From a virus (lineage: Duplodnaviria; Heunggongvirae; Uroviricota; Caudoviricetes), in IMG/VR virus record IMGVR_UViG_2563366853_000009, positions 1 to 21,248 of that record: DNA of 21,248 nucleotides; one strand, given 5' to 3'. Numbering within the stretch: the first letter of the stretch is position 1; the number at the start of each line of letters is the position of its first letter. A program made the translations under genes and the position numbers. The notes beneath the pieces were generated by a model. That model did no database searches and was not told where the DNA came from. It worked only from the letters and a program-made list of their open reading frames with translations. This document shows positions 1-7,438 of the stretch, one piece after another.

Positions 1-552
1 TTAGCCCATTATTTTTCTATACGCCTCTGCAGCCTGCTCCGGCGTTAAGTTGGTAATTTCTGTTCTGACTGGTCCTCCATCAGCGCCAGTCACTTCATTT
101 TTGACGTTGTCTTTAAACGCCTGAACAGAAACATGACGCCCAAGCAACTCAAGGTTTTTAACCTTATCAGGCCATTTGATTTTCTTCAGAAGTGCGGCGC
201 TATCTGCGGATACCATCTCCACGACATCCATTCCTGATAGCGTTGTGCGCCATACCTTAGGCCAGTCTTTAATGGGCTTTAGCTCACCGTTTTGCAGGAG
301 AATGTCGAGCACATCCATCTGGTCGATTTCAATAAGGCGATTAAGTACATATTCTGCATTAATACCAACAAGATCATTGCGTTGCGCTTTCAGTTCGGCG
401 ATTCTTAACTTGATGTCAGGTTTTGACAGGTTTTCGGATGCGGTACGGTTAGCTGTCTTTGCGCTGTACCCCGCCCGAATAGCCGCTTGCGTGGCGTTTA
501 AATCGATGAGGTACTCGCGACAGAACATCTCTTGTTTGTCGGTGAGTGCCAT
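1..552 (-). CDS. Terminase small subunit (Terminase_2/P27-like family)
   Basis: Complete 183-aa ORF; N-terminal MALTDKQEMFCREYLIDLNATQAAIRAGYS motif typical of this terS family; sits downstream of lysis cassette on the late strand. Confidence 0.75.
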   Translation of the reverse strand: MALTDKQEMFCREYLIDLNATQAAIRAGYSAKTANRTASENLSKPDIKLRIAELKAQRNDLVGINAEYVLNRLIEIDQMDVLDILLQNGELKPIKDWPKVWRTTLSGMDVVEMVSADSAALLKKIKWPDKVKNLELLGRHVSVQAFKDNVKNEVTGADGGPVRTEITNLTPEQAAEAYRKIMG

Positions 553-576
553 GACAAAGTCTCAATTGGATTGAAA

Positions 577-849
577 ATGAGTGATTTATTACTAATTAAA
601 AACTGGTTAATTGACCATCATGCACTATCGATTTTCTTTGGGTTTTTATCGGCTGGGTTATGGATCAAATCAGCAACAGCCAAAGTCAAAACAGGTAGAA
701 GCACCGTTGTAGCAATTACATTTGATGATCCCAAAAAAAATGTAGATCTTCACGAATTTTTCTTAACTGCGCGGTTACAGTCTAAATATAACTCATATGC
801 AGCTTTCGCTGCTGCTGTAACTGTGATTTTGCAAATGGCTGGCTATTAG
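577..849 (+). CDS. Hypothetical small hydrophobic protein, oriented opposite to the late operon (bor-like position)
   Basis: ATG at 577 in frame with track ORF 532..849; hydrophobic stretch ALSIFFGFLSAGLWI; AT-rich; weak RBS. Confidence 0.3.
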   Translation: MSDLLLIKNWLIDHHALSIFFGFLSAGLWIKSATAKVKTGRSTVVAITFDDPKKNVDLHEFFLTARLQSKYNSYAAFAAAVTVILQMAGY

Positions 850-937
850 AAAACCTTAACCAGGATATTATTTACCTTTATCAATATCAGTTAACGACTC
901 AAAGTGTAATGGTTCCACATTCTCCTAATGGAGTTAT

Positions 938-1051
938 TTACTCGCCCGTCTCGGTAGCCAGCTGCATAAAGCCATTAACCAGCTCAGGCTGACGTCGTGA
1001 CGTCTTGCCCGTAAAGGTTTCGCCTGTTTGGGTTTGGTAGATGTCGGACAT
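938..1051 (-). CDS. Small ORF (37 aa) MSDIYQTQTGETFTGKTSRRQPELVNGFMQLATETGE
   Basis: ATG at 1051-1049 preceded by AAAGAGG with 6-nt spacer; below the 60-aa track cutoff, found by reading the minus strand. Confidence 0.25.
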   Translation of the reverse strand: MSDIYQTQTGETFTGKTSRRQPELVNGFMQLATETGE

Positions 1052-1165
1052 TGAGAGCCTCTTTATCTGCTTGTGGGGATATATGGTTAATTATCCTCTG
1101 TAGGGGATACTGCCATCACAATGGAGAGAATCATCGTAATGGCAATAAAAACCGCCCATAGGCAG

Positions 1166-1573
1166 TTAATCTGAAAGACCAAATTTCTTTTTTGCGTAGG
1201 ATTTTAGAAGCTCTACACCAACATCTTTCAATACCGATAATGGTTGATCGCTAATTGTTTTTAGCTTCTTAAAAACATCCTTTTGTTGAAGGGTTTCTGC
1301 AAACTCTTGGCCTGATGACGTGAGTCTTACATTGGCTGGCCATTCACGGATTTCATTAAGCCCAATAGTAAGTCCTAATTTCTTAGGATCGCCTATTTCT
1401 AGAAAATGGTTACTGATATAACCTCTCTCAATCAATTGGTAGTAATGAAAGAGTCCTTTATCGCTGCTTATTTCGTATCCAGCTTTTTTAAGGTCATTAG
1501 CTGATATCAATGGTCCGCCAGCCTTAATAAAGACCCCTAACATTCCCTTCAAGTATTCCAGATCGGTCTGCAT
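1166..1573 (-). CDS. Hypothetical protein, AT-rich moron between Rz and terS
   Basis: 135-aa ORF on late strand directly after Rz; AT-rich relative to flanking phage genes; no recognisable family. Confidence 0.5.
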   Translation of the reverse strand: MQTDLEYLKGMLGVFIKAGGPLISANDLKKAGYEISSDKGLFHYYQLIERGYISNHFLEIGDPKKLGLTIGLNEIREWPANVRLTSSGQEFAETLQQKDVFKKLKTISDQPLSVLKDVGVELLKSYAKKKFGLSD

Positions 1574-1631
1574 AAATTACCTCCATCCTGAGAAATAGAG
1601 ATAATATTACCCTTAAAATTCTTCATTAACA

Positions 1632-2093
1632 CTAATTTGAACACTGCTCTTTGATGTAGTCCTGCAAGTAGCCGACCTGCTTCGTCACTGTGACGATTCG
1701 CTCTCTGAGGGTGAAATAATCCCGTTCAGCGGAGTCAGTAAGTCCGGGGCTGGAAGCATCGCCCAAGCTGCCGGTGCCGGTCTTTCCGCTCGCTGGACAT
1801 CGGGCATTGAAGTGCAGCCCACACTTGCCAGTGCGAACACAACGCTGCAGATCATCAAGCTGCTTTTTCGCATCAGCTAGTTCTCCGGTGTATTTAGCAT
1901 CGAGTGCATCAGCATCACGCTGGCGCTGCTGCATGTCAGTAATTGCCGCGTTCGCCAGCTTCAGTTCTCTGGCATTTTTGTCGCGCTGGGCTTTGTAGGT
2001 AATGGCGTTATCACGGTAATGATTAACAGCCCATGACAGGCAGACGATGATGCAGATAACCAAAGCGGAGATAATCGCGGTGACTCTGCTCAT
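1632..2093 (-). CDS. Rz: Rz i-spanin
   Basis: 153 aa, N-terminal TM segment, coiled-coil-like body; start overlaps R stop (ATGA); contains embedded Rz1 frame. Confidence 0.85.
   Translation of the reverse strand: MSRVTAIISALVICIIVCLSWAVNHYRDNAITYKAQRDKNARELKLANAAITDMQQRQRDADALDAKYTGELADAKKQLDDLQRCVRTGKCGLHFNARCPASGKTGTGSLGDASSPGLTDSAERDYFTLRERIVTVTKQVGYLQDYIKEQCSN
1685..1873 (-). CDS. Rz1: Rz1 o-spanin lipoprotein, embedded in Rz in +1 frame
   Basis: 62 aa with lipobox LASVGC, proline-rich segment and [10 protein letters not shown] motif matching lambda Rz1. Confidence 0.75.
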   Translation of the reverse strand: MRKSSLMICSVVFALASVGCTSMPDVQRAERPAPAAWAMLPAPDLLTPLNGIISPSESESSQ

Positions 2094-2566
2094 ACCTCAA
2101 TCTCTCTGACCGTTCCGCCAGCTTTTTTAAATCGGGCAATCAGGTCACCGATTTTATGTTCATACTGACCGTAACCTGCACCAGGTAACGACGCCCAGAT
2201 ATTGCTGCAACGGTCGATTGCCTGACGAATACTGCCGCGGTCAATCATCGGTAAAGCACCACGCTCTTTAATCTGCTGCAGAGCTACAGCGTCCTGGCTT
2301 TCTGGAGAAAAATCTTTCAGGCCAAGCTGTTTACGGTAAGCATCCCACCAGCGTGAAAGAAGCTGGTAACGTCCGGCGGCTGTTGATTTGAGTTTGGGGT
2401 TTAGCGTGACAAGTTTGCGGGGGTGATCGGAGTAATCAGTGAACAGTTCGCCACCAACAATAACATCATAACCGTGGTTACGTGTCGGTTGTCGCCCGTT
2501 ATCCGTTCCTTCTGACCATGCCACCATATCCAGGAAAGCTTTACGCTGTGAATTTAGTGCCTGCAT
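2090..2566 (-). CDS. R: Endolysin, lambda R-type lytic transglycosylase
   Basis: 158 aa; near-identical over most of its length to lambda R as recalled ([19 protein letters not shown] ... GGTVREI). Confidence 0.9.
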   Translation of the reverse strand: MQALNSQRKAFLDMVAWSEGTDNGRQPTRNHGYDVIVGGELFTDYSDHPRKLVTLNPKLKSTAAGRYQLLSRWWDAYRKQLGLKDFSPESQDAVALQQIKERGALPMIDRGSIRQAIDRCSNIWASLPGAGYGQYEHKIGDLIARFKKAGGTVREIEV

Positions 2567-2569
2567 AAA

Positions 2570-2911
2570 TTACTCCTTCGATCTACCAAATTTGTTACCG
2601 ATTACTCGCATTGCAGCCCCACGAATAGCATCGACACCGATCAGCCCCACGCCACCACCAATGGCAACAGAAAGCGATTTAGGCCATCCGACATACTCAA
2701 GAGCGGATGCAAAGGTCAGCGTCAGAGCGCCACATAGCAAAATCTCGAGCGTTTTTCGCTTCCAGCCACCACCACCGCCAAAATAGGCGATGCGCAAACC
2801 AGCCATAACGATCGACATAATCACTGCGCCCAGCGGTGTGTCTCCACGCCACCAACTTTGTAAGAGTTCCAGTAAGTCAGGCCAGGAATGAGGGACATTG
2901 TGCATTTTCAT
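2570..2911 (-). CDS. S: Class I holin, lambda S-like, with dual-start motif (Met-Lys-Met)
   Basis: ATG-AAA-ATG at 2911-2903 preceded by GGAGGTG; in-frame GTG further upstream at 2920; C-terminus similar to lambda S. Confidence 0.8.
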   Translation of the reverse strand: MKMHNVPHSWPDLLELLQSWWRGDTPLGAVIMSIVMAGLRIAYFGGGGGWKRKTLEILLCGALTLTFASALEYVGWPKSLSVAIGGGVGLIGVDAIRGAAMRVIGNKFGRSKE

Positions 2912-3009
2912 AAGCCTCACCTCCGAAAGTTCGGATGGTGCTAAATGTAAGATTCAGGCTCTCTGGCTTGCTCACAAGAAGTCGAGGATGTTTCCGGAGC
3001 CTAACAACG

Positions 3010-3034
3010 AAAAAGCCCCGGGACATGCCAGGGC
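3010..3034 (-). terminator. Rho-independent terminator-like hairpin about 100 nt upstream of holin
   Basis: Minus-strand GCCCUGG-CAUGUCC-CGGGGC (one G-U) followed by UUUUUCGUUGUU. Confidence 0.45.
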
Positions 3035-3128
3035 CAGATGGAGTACCAGATTAAGCTTCTGGCGGTATATCCTCGTGTTTGATATCGTTAAATCGCCAAA
3101 AGTAACCATATCAATTAAAGGAGTATAT

Positions 3129-3407
3129 ATGGCTAGTTTTACTGTCCGCGTTGAGCTTGTGGGTGCATCATCCGATGACTACGCTCGCCTTCATGAGGCG
3201 ATGGAATCCCGAAGATACTTTCGCGAAATTCAAGATGGAGCAGGAAACTGGTTTTATCTTCCAGACGCTGAGTACACAGCCGAAAAAAACGCATCTGCTC
3301 GCGCAGTCCGAGAAGAAGTTGTAGCCATCGCTGGGACAATAAAAAAGAACCCTCGGGTGCTAGTCACTCAAGCGGCAGATCGCTCATGGCATTTAATCAA
3401 GAAGTGA
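3129..3407 (+). CDS. Hypothetical small protein (92 aa), cargo gene opposite to late transcription
   Basis: ATG at 3129 with AAAGGAG RBS; MASFTVRVELVGASSDDYARLHEAMESRRYF...; no confident family assignment. Confidence 0.5.
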   Translation: MASFTVRVELVGASSDDYARLHEAMESRRYFREIQDGAGNWFYLPDAEYTAEKNASARAVREEVVAIAGTIKKNPRVLVTQAADRSWHLIKK

Positions 3408-3623
3408 GTTTTGATCGCCATTAACGGGTATTCCGTTCCCGCTACGCCCCTCACCAACCTCAGGGGCGCTTTCATAGCGCTCCATCGCAATAAACGCGGC
3501 AGCGATGCAATGCCCCAAATTTTCAAAATCATCCACCCCCGGGTTAGCCCGAGCCACAATGAACTGACCCAGTGTGATTTTGGCCTGAGATCGGGAATCA
3601 GAAGATAATTCATAAAATTTCAT
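3393..3623 (-). CDS. Hypothetical small protein (76 aa), convergent and 3'-overlapping with 3129..3407
   Basis: ATG at 3623 with GGAG 7 nt upstream; terminator hairpin immediately upstream. Confidence 0.35.
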   Translation of the reverse strand: MKFYELSSDSRSQAKITLGQFIVARANPGVDDFENLGHCIAAAFIAMERYESAPEVGEGRSGNGIPVNGDQNSLLD

Positions 3624-3635
3624 GGGTGTTCTCCA

Positions 3636-3665
3636 GAAACAACAAAACCCGCTCAATGGCGGGTT
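3636..3665 (-). terminator. Rho-independent terminator downstream of ORF6N gene
   Basis: Minus-strand AACCCGC-CAUUGA-GCGGGUU followed by UUGUUGUUUC. Confidence 0.45.
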
Positions 3666-3760
3666 CTGGTAAAGTTCATGCGCTTGATTCGCCTCGCGAT
3701 ACAGCTTTGCGAAGCGTACTGGAATTGAAGCAGTTTATGGCTAAAATTGCAAGAACTTTT

Positions 3761-4372
3761 TTAAAGCTGCATCAGCCTTTCCACCAGTTTATCTCTGCGA
3801 ACAACAAACCAACCATTGGCTCTCGCCAGTTCCAGCCATGACTCAAGGGAAATAACAATATCATCATCCCGCAACTGAATTGTGGAAACAGTGACACCGC
3901 CTTGCTGATAACAGAGAACTCGCGTGTCGTAACTTTTCTGGCATGAAACTGGCGCTGACGGATCCTTTTGTCTGAAATAGCAGTCTTCCAGTCTTTCGAA
4001 CACATCCCACGCCTGATCGGTTTCGAGCATTTTGGCATGACGGGCTGCTCCGCGTTCTGTCCAGAGTATGAGGGAGCGGGCTTTCGGGGAAATTTGTAAC
4101 CCTCTTAAAGATGGTTGCAAATTTTGTGAGTTACTTAAAGTAACCCGCAAATTTTGTGAGTAGTTTAAAGCTACCCGCAATTCTTTAAGGTCATTACCAA
4201 CAACTTTGAAAAAGTGTTTCCCTTCAACGAAGCGTACTTTGTTCTCATGATGATTCTGGCGAATACGCACCGGCTCAGTGCCGTAAAGCTGCGCCAAAAG
4301 TTCGGTGGTAATAACAGGAATCTGGTTATGGGTGATCGGGGAGAGAGTTTCAACAGAAATTTGAGTTGTCAT
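3761..4372 (-). CDS. ORF6N/KilA-N-like (antirepressor-type) domain protein with internal tandem repeat
   Basis: 203 aa; N-terminal region matches the ORF6N pattern as recalled (RF-EG-HFFK...SPKARSLILWTERGAARHAKML); repeat inserted within the domain. Confidence 0.6.
   Translation of the reverse strand: MTTQISVETLSPITHNQIPVITTELLAQLYGTEPVRIRQNHHENKVRFVEGKHFFKVVGNDLKELRVALNYSQNLRVTLSNSQNLQPSLRGLQISPKARSLILWTERGAARHAKMLETDQAWDVFERLEDCYFRQKDPSAPVSCQKSYDTRVLCYQQGGVTVSTIQLRDDDIVISLESWLELARANGWFVVRRDKLVERLMQL
4093..4180. repeat. Tandem ~30-bp repeat inside the ORF6N gene, each unit with an internal palindrome
   Basis: Two full units AAATTTTGTGAGTNNNTTAAAGNNACCCGCA plus a partial; encodes LRVALNYSQN/LRVTLSNSQN. 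Confidence 0.7.
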
Positions 4373-4530
4373 AATGACGCCCTCTGGTGGTTTCTTAATA
4401 ACTCACCACCGACGACGCCAATCGTCTGGTGGTGAACTGTGCAGGGTTGGCGTAACCGGGAAACCGACCGGCGCGGATCTCTCCGCCCCCACACAGCCCA
4501 CCATAATTCAGATGTGCGCGTGCATACGAC

Positions 4531-4555
4531 AATAAAAAACACGCTCGCGGCGTGT
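4531..4555 (-). terminator. tR'-like terminator about 90 nt downstream of Q
   Basis: Minus-strand ACACGC-CGCGA-GCGUGU followed by UUUUUUAUU. Confidence 0.45.
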
Positions 4556-4616
4556 ATCTGTCGCGGTCTCTATCCAGGACGCCAATCCCGACGCCAGATT
4601 TTGCTGGCGCGTGAGG

Positions 4617-4646
4617 AATATAGCCCCGGATAACAGATTGAGTCAA
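4617..4646 (-). promoter_or_regulatory. Candidate late promoter (pR'-like) overlapping Q stop codon
   Basis: Minus-strand TTGACT, about 18-nt spacer, TATATT; -35 overlaps the Q TGA. Confidence 0.35.
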
Positions 4647-5197
4647 CAGACGGTTTTTAGATCCCCGGAAGAGAATGCATCACGCATCGGCAGATAGAGC
4701 ATAAACTCTGCCATTTTCAACCACGCATCTATGCGATTACGGCACGTGGCGTAACACCACTCAGGGTGTGAATCATTCAGCAATTCAGCCATTTTTCGCT
4801 TAGTCATCCCCCGCCCTTCATATCGTTGCCGGAGGATACAAATCAATCCTGGGTGTTCTGCCAGCACTTCACTAATCACCCGATCAATGCATAACGCCTC
4901 TGCATCAGTACAATGCACCAGCCAGCTTTTTTGCTTGCCGTTGATCATATCCCGCAAAAAAGCCTCAAGTTCAGGTTTGTCCAGACCTGCTTTTTTCATC
5001 CTCCGGAGCGCCTCGTTAATTGCCGTTTTTGTCAGCTTTTTAGAGGTCAGCAACTGGTTGAACATATTTCCCGTCTTACCGCCGCCAATATACGACCAGC
5101 GCCCCCACATGCGCAGTTTTCCCTGAATCCAGACACTTTCCAGCGTGGTGAGACGAAGGTGTTCCCCGCTTTTGCCTGTATTTGTTGGGTAAATCAT
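4643..5197 (-). CDS. Q-like late-gene antiterminator
   Basis: 184 aa from ATG at 5197 overlapping upstream stop (ATGA); LRMWGRWS motif resembles LERWGAWA of QuuD-type Q proteins as recalled; followed by promoter and terminator. Confidence 0.55.
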   Translation of the reverse strand: MIYPTNTGKSGEHLRLTTLESVWIQGKLRMWGRWSYIGGGKTGNMFNQLLTSKKLTKTAINEALRRMKKAGLDKPELEAFLRDMINGKQKSWLVHCTDAEALCIDRVISEVLAEHPGLICILRQRYEGRGMTKRKMAELLNDSHPEWCYATCRNRIDAWLKMAEFMLYLPMRDAFSSGDLKTVC

Positions 5198-5484
5198 AAA
5201 TAACCTTCCTTTCTCCAGATTTCTTGCGTACGAAAAACACCTTCTGCATGCATCAGGCGTAATTCTTCTTTGGTGTAATCGCTGGTTTTTAGCCGCCCGT
5301 CGATTAAATCGTGGCATGAGCTGCAGGCAATCGCTGCCTGCATATCGTGTGGTTTTGTCGCTGTTCCGCACGTCCCCGCCAGCCTGTAATGCGCCAGCAC
5401 AGAAGTTTCGGGATTGTGATTGCAGTAGCCAGGAATTCTGACGGTGCACATCTGCCCCCGCGCCGCTTTACGTAAATCCACCAT
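5194..5484 (-). CDS. YbcO-like DUF1364 protein (Cys-rich putative nuclease)
   Basis: 96 aa; close match to recalled DLP12 YbcO (MADLRKAARG-C-VRIPG-CN-NPETSVLAH ... CSSCHD). Confidence 0.75.
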   Translation of the reverse strand: MVDLRKAARGQMCTVRIPGYCNHNPETSVLAHYRLAGTCGTATKPHDMQAAIACSSCHDLIDGRLKTSDYTKEELRLMHAEGVFRTQEIWRKEGYL

Positions 5485-6083
5485 TACGCAAACTCCAGTA
5501 ACTGCGCGGCCACATTTTCGACTTCCTCCGGAGAGGAAAATTTACGGAACAGGATCCAGTTCCACAGCACATTCAGTACAGATTTATAAACCTGCTGAAA
5601 CACGGTTTCGTCCATGTTCGCAAATGCGATAGATTTTGCCCTGCGCCCACGACTACCATCAGGATAAATATGCTCGGTGTAAAATCCGGCCTGAATGGTT
5701 ACCCACTCGCGGAAAGCGTCAAACGACTTTAGCAATGCCGTATCCCGGGTTCTGCATGTCGCAACTGTATTAAGGTATTGCTCTGCGGCATCACTCAGGG
5801 CTGGAGTGTGTTCCCGACCTACTGATTCGCACAGGTAATCAACGAAGCCTGATACCAGTTTTCGTTCGCGAGGCGTGATCGCCCCACCGACCGGAGTCCA
5901 GTAATCGAATCCCAGTTGCAGGAGTTTGAAAAAACGCTTGTGGAATGCGTAGTTACGCACACGCTTAAAGTCTGCGTGTATCCACTCACCTATTTTGATT
6001 TGATGCAAAAAATCGCAACTCTCCGGCGTCGCCGGGAGAAGTAATCCGGAAGAGGTTTGTTTGACCAGTTGTATATGTGCCAT
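5484..6083 (-). CDS. Nin-region hypothetical protein (possibly DUF1367)
   Basis: 199-aa ORF whose stop overlaps the ybcO-like start by 1 nt; family assignment from memory only. Confidence 0.5.
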   Translation of the reverse strand: MAHIQLVKQTSSGLLLPATPESCDFLHQIKIGEWIHADFKRVRNYAFHKRFFKLLQLGFDYWTPVGGAITPRERKLVSGFVDYLCESVGREHTPALSDAAEQYLNTVATCRTRDTALLKSFDAFREWVTIQAGFYTEHIYPDGSRGRRAKSIAFANMDETVFQQVYKSVLNVLWNWILFRKFSSPEEVENVAAQLLEFA

Positions 6084-6149
6084 CGGCTTTCTCCGGTGGC
6101 ACGGTGTTACTCAGCAGGGGTTCAACCCTGCACTGAATTGTAGATGAAC

Positions 6150-6410
6150 TCACTCACATTCAAAAGCAGAAAAGCCAGCCTTAATTCCAGTCTCTTTCAG
6201 CGCCCGTAATGACGTGACAAACTCATCTCCACGCAAAAGAAAACCGTCCGTCACAAGTCCGTCCGCGAAATAAATTAACGCTGCTCCACTCTTTCTTTGC
6301 TGAAATTGTAAACATTTAATGCAGCGGTGACTGACAATAACGCCATTCTCAACGCGCACAGCATAGAGGCCATTTTCACTAAAAATTTCACGCAATTCTT
6401 CGATTTTCAT
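6150..6410 (-). CDS. Hypothetical protein (86 aa)
   Basis: ATG at 6410 with GGAAGGA RBS; candidate TTGATT-16-TAGAAT promoter upstream. Confidence 0.45.
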   Translation of the reverse strand: MKIEELREIFSENGLYAVRVENGVIVSHRCIKCLQFQQRKSGAALIYFADGLVTDGFLLRGDEFVTSLRALKETGIKAGFSAFECE

Positions 6411-6527
6411 CTTCAGAATCCTTCCAGATAAATAGCTCTTCCCCTTCGGGGTCCATCCCTCTTCTCCCTGCGCGCTACTTAAGTGAGTCGATTCTATCTG
6501 CGAAGGTGCGCGAATCAAATTCACCGG

Positions 6528-6584
6528 AAATAAACAACAAAAAAACCCGCCGAAACGCTGAGAGATCACAGCGATGGGCGGGTT
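6528..6584 (-). terminator. Rho-independent terminator of the hok transcript
   Basis: Minus-strand AACCCGCC...GGCGGGUU with inner CGCUG/CAGCG stem, followed by UUUUUGUUGUUUA. Confidence 0.5.
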
Positions 6585-6654
6585 AAGTGCGGGTGCGTTG
6601 AGGATGCCTGACACATCAGAGGTGGCGAGGGATTTCTCCCTCGCCTGGTCACTC

Positions 6655-6810
6655 TTACTCCTCAGGTTCGTAAGCTGTGAAGACAGAGACCTCCGTCTGG
6701 CCGGTTCGGATTCGTACCTCGCAGAGGTCTTTCCTCGTTACCAGTGCCGTCACTATGACGGTTAAACAGATGACGATCAGGGCGATTAACATCGCCTTTT
6801 GCTGCTTCAT
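6655..6810 (-). CDS. hok: Hok/Gef-family type I toxin
   Basis: 51 aa MKQQKAMLIALIVICLTVIVTALVTRKDLCEVRIRTGQTEV... matches Hok family (single TM, conserved C-E-x-R); in-frame upstream extension to 6867. Confidence 0.85.
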   Translation of the reverse strand: MKQQKAMLIALIVICLTVIVTALVTRKDLCEVRIRTGQTEVSVFTAYEPEE

Positions 6811-7062
6811 AGCCTGCTTCTCCTTGCCTTTCGGCACGTAAGAGGCTAACCTACGTTTGTATAGCATAGATTGGGCCTCAGATTAATGTTAAGCGTCTTG
6901 CCGGACGCGTAATGTTAACTGGGGCTTTTCTCTATCTGCCTTTGGTGTTCATGCCTGAGGCAGATAGCCTCAAGCACCCGCTGTCATTCTACTTAAGTTA
7001 GGTAAGATTTTCTATGGTATTTCTCCACGTTCCATAAATACGAACGTGTATTATCATTTTTA

Positions 7063-7320
7063 TCACAGGTGTGAGGAAAATATATAGTGACCTTCATCAA
7101 GCGTAACGAAATACACCTCCCATTCATCTCCATTCTTCAATTTAATGCGAAGGCTTTCTCCACGAGAATATTTATCAAACAACTGATTCGATGTGCTAGT
7201 AAGAGGTATTTTTACCGTTGTAACAACTATTGCACTACCATCCGATTCTCTCAACTCCACATCCACATCCACAAAAGATGAATGTATGTTATATTCCGGA
7301 TATCCAACAATTATTTGCAC
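7063..7320 (-). CDS. Hypothetical small protein (85 aa), AT-rich moron
   Basis: AT-rich ORF with AAGGAG 5 nt before GTG at 7320; flanked by AT-rich intergenic regions. Confidence 0.4.
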   Translation of the reverse strand: MQIIVGYPEYNIHSSFVDVDVELRESDGSAIVVTTVKIPLTSTSNQLFDKYSRGESLRIKLKNGDEWEVYFVTLDEGHYIFSSHL

Positions 7321-7438
7321 ATTCACTCCTTAAAGACAGTAATTAAAATAAAAAAACCAATATATCATCTTGTTTTATAACATGAGGTGTGTGTCAAAGG
7401 AAGGTTCATAGCACACCTACTTACATGTTTTTACTAAC

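Noticed and set aside
176-574. 132-aa plus-strand ORF antisense to terS
   Set aside because: It lies entirely within the terminase small subunit gene on the opposite strand; Ser/Arg-rich shadow translation.
4395-4646. ORFs 4395..4646 (-) and 4439..4633 (+)
   Set aside because: They overlap the candidate late promoter and terminator in a GC-rich non-coding interval; translations look non-protein-like.
2921-4646. Shiga toxin or tRNA genes at the Q-to-S cargo position
   Set aside because: No ORF resembling StxA/StxB and no obvious tRNA hallmarks seen by eye; a tRNA scan would be needed to exclude tRNAs fully.
6655-6867. Annotating the in-frame upstream extension of hok (MLYKRRLASYVPKGKEKQA...) as Mok
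   Set aside because: In characterised hok/sok loci I recall mok as overlapping hok rather than being a simple in-frame extension; I cannot resolve the real mok frame by eye, so only hok is reported.
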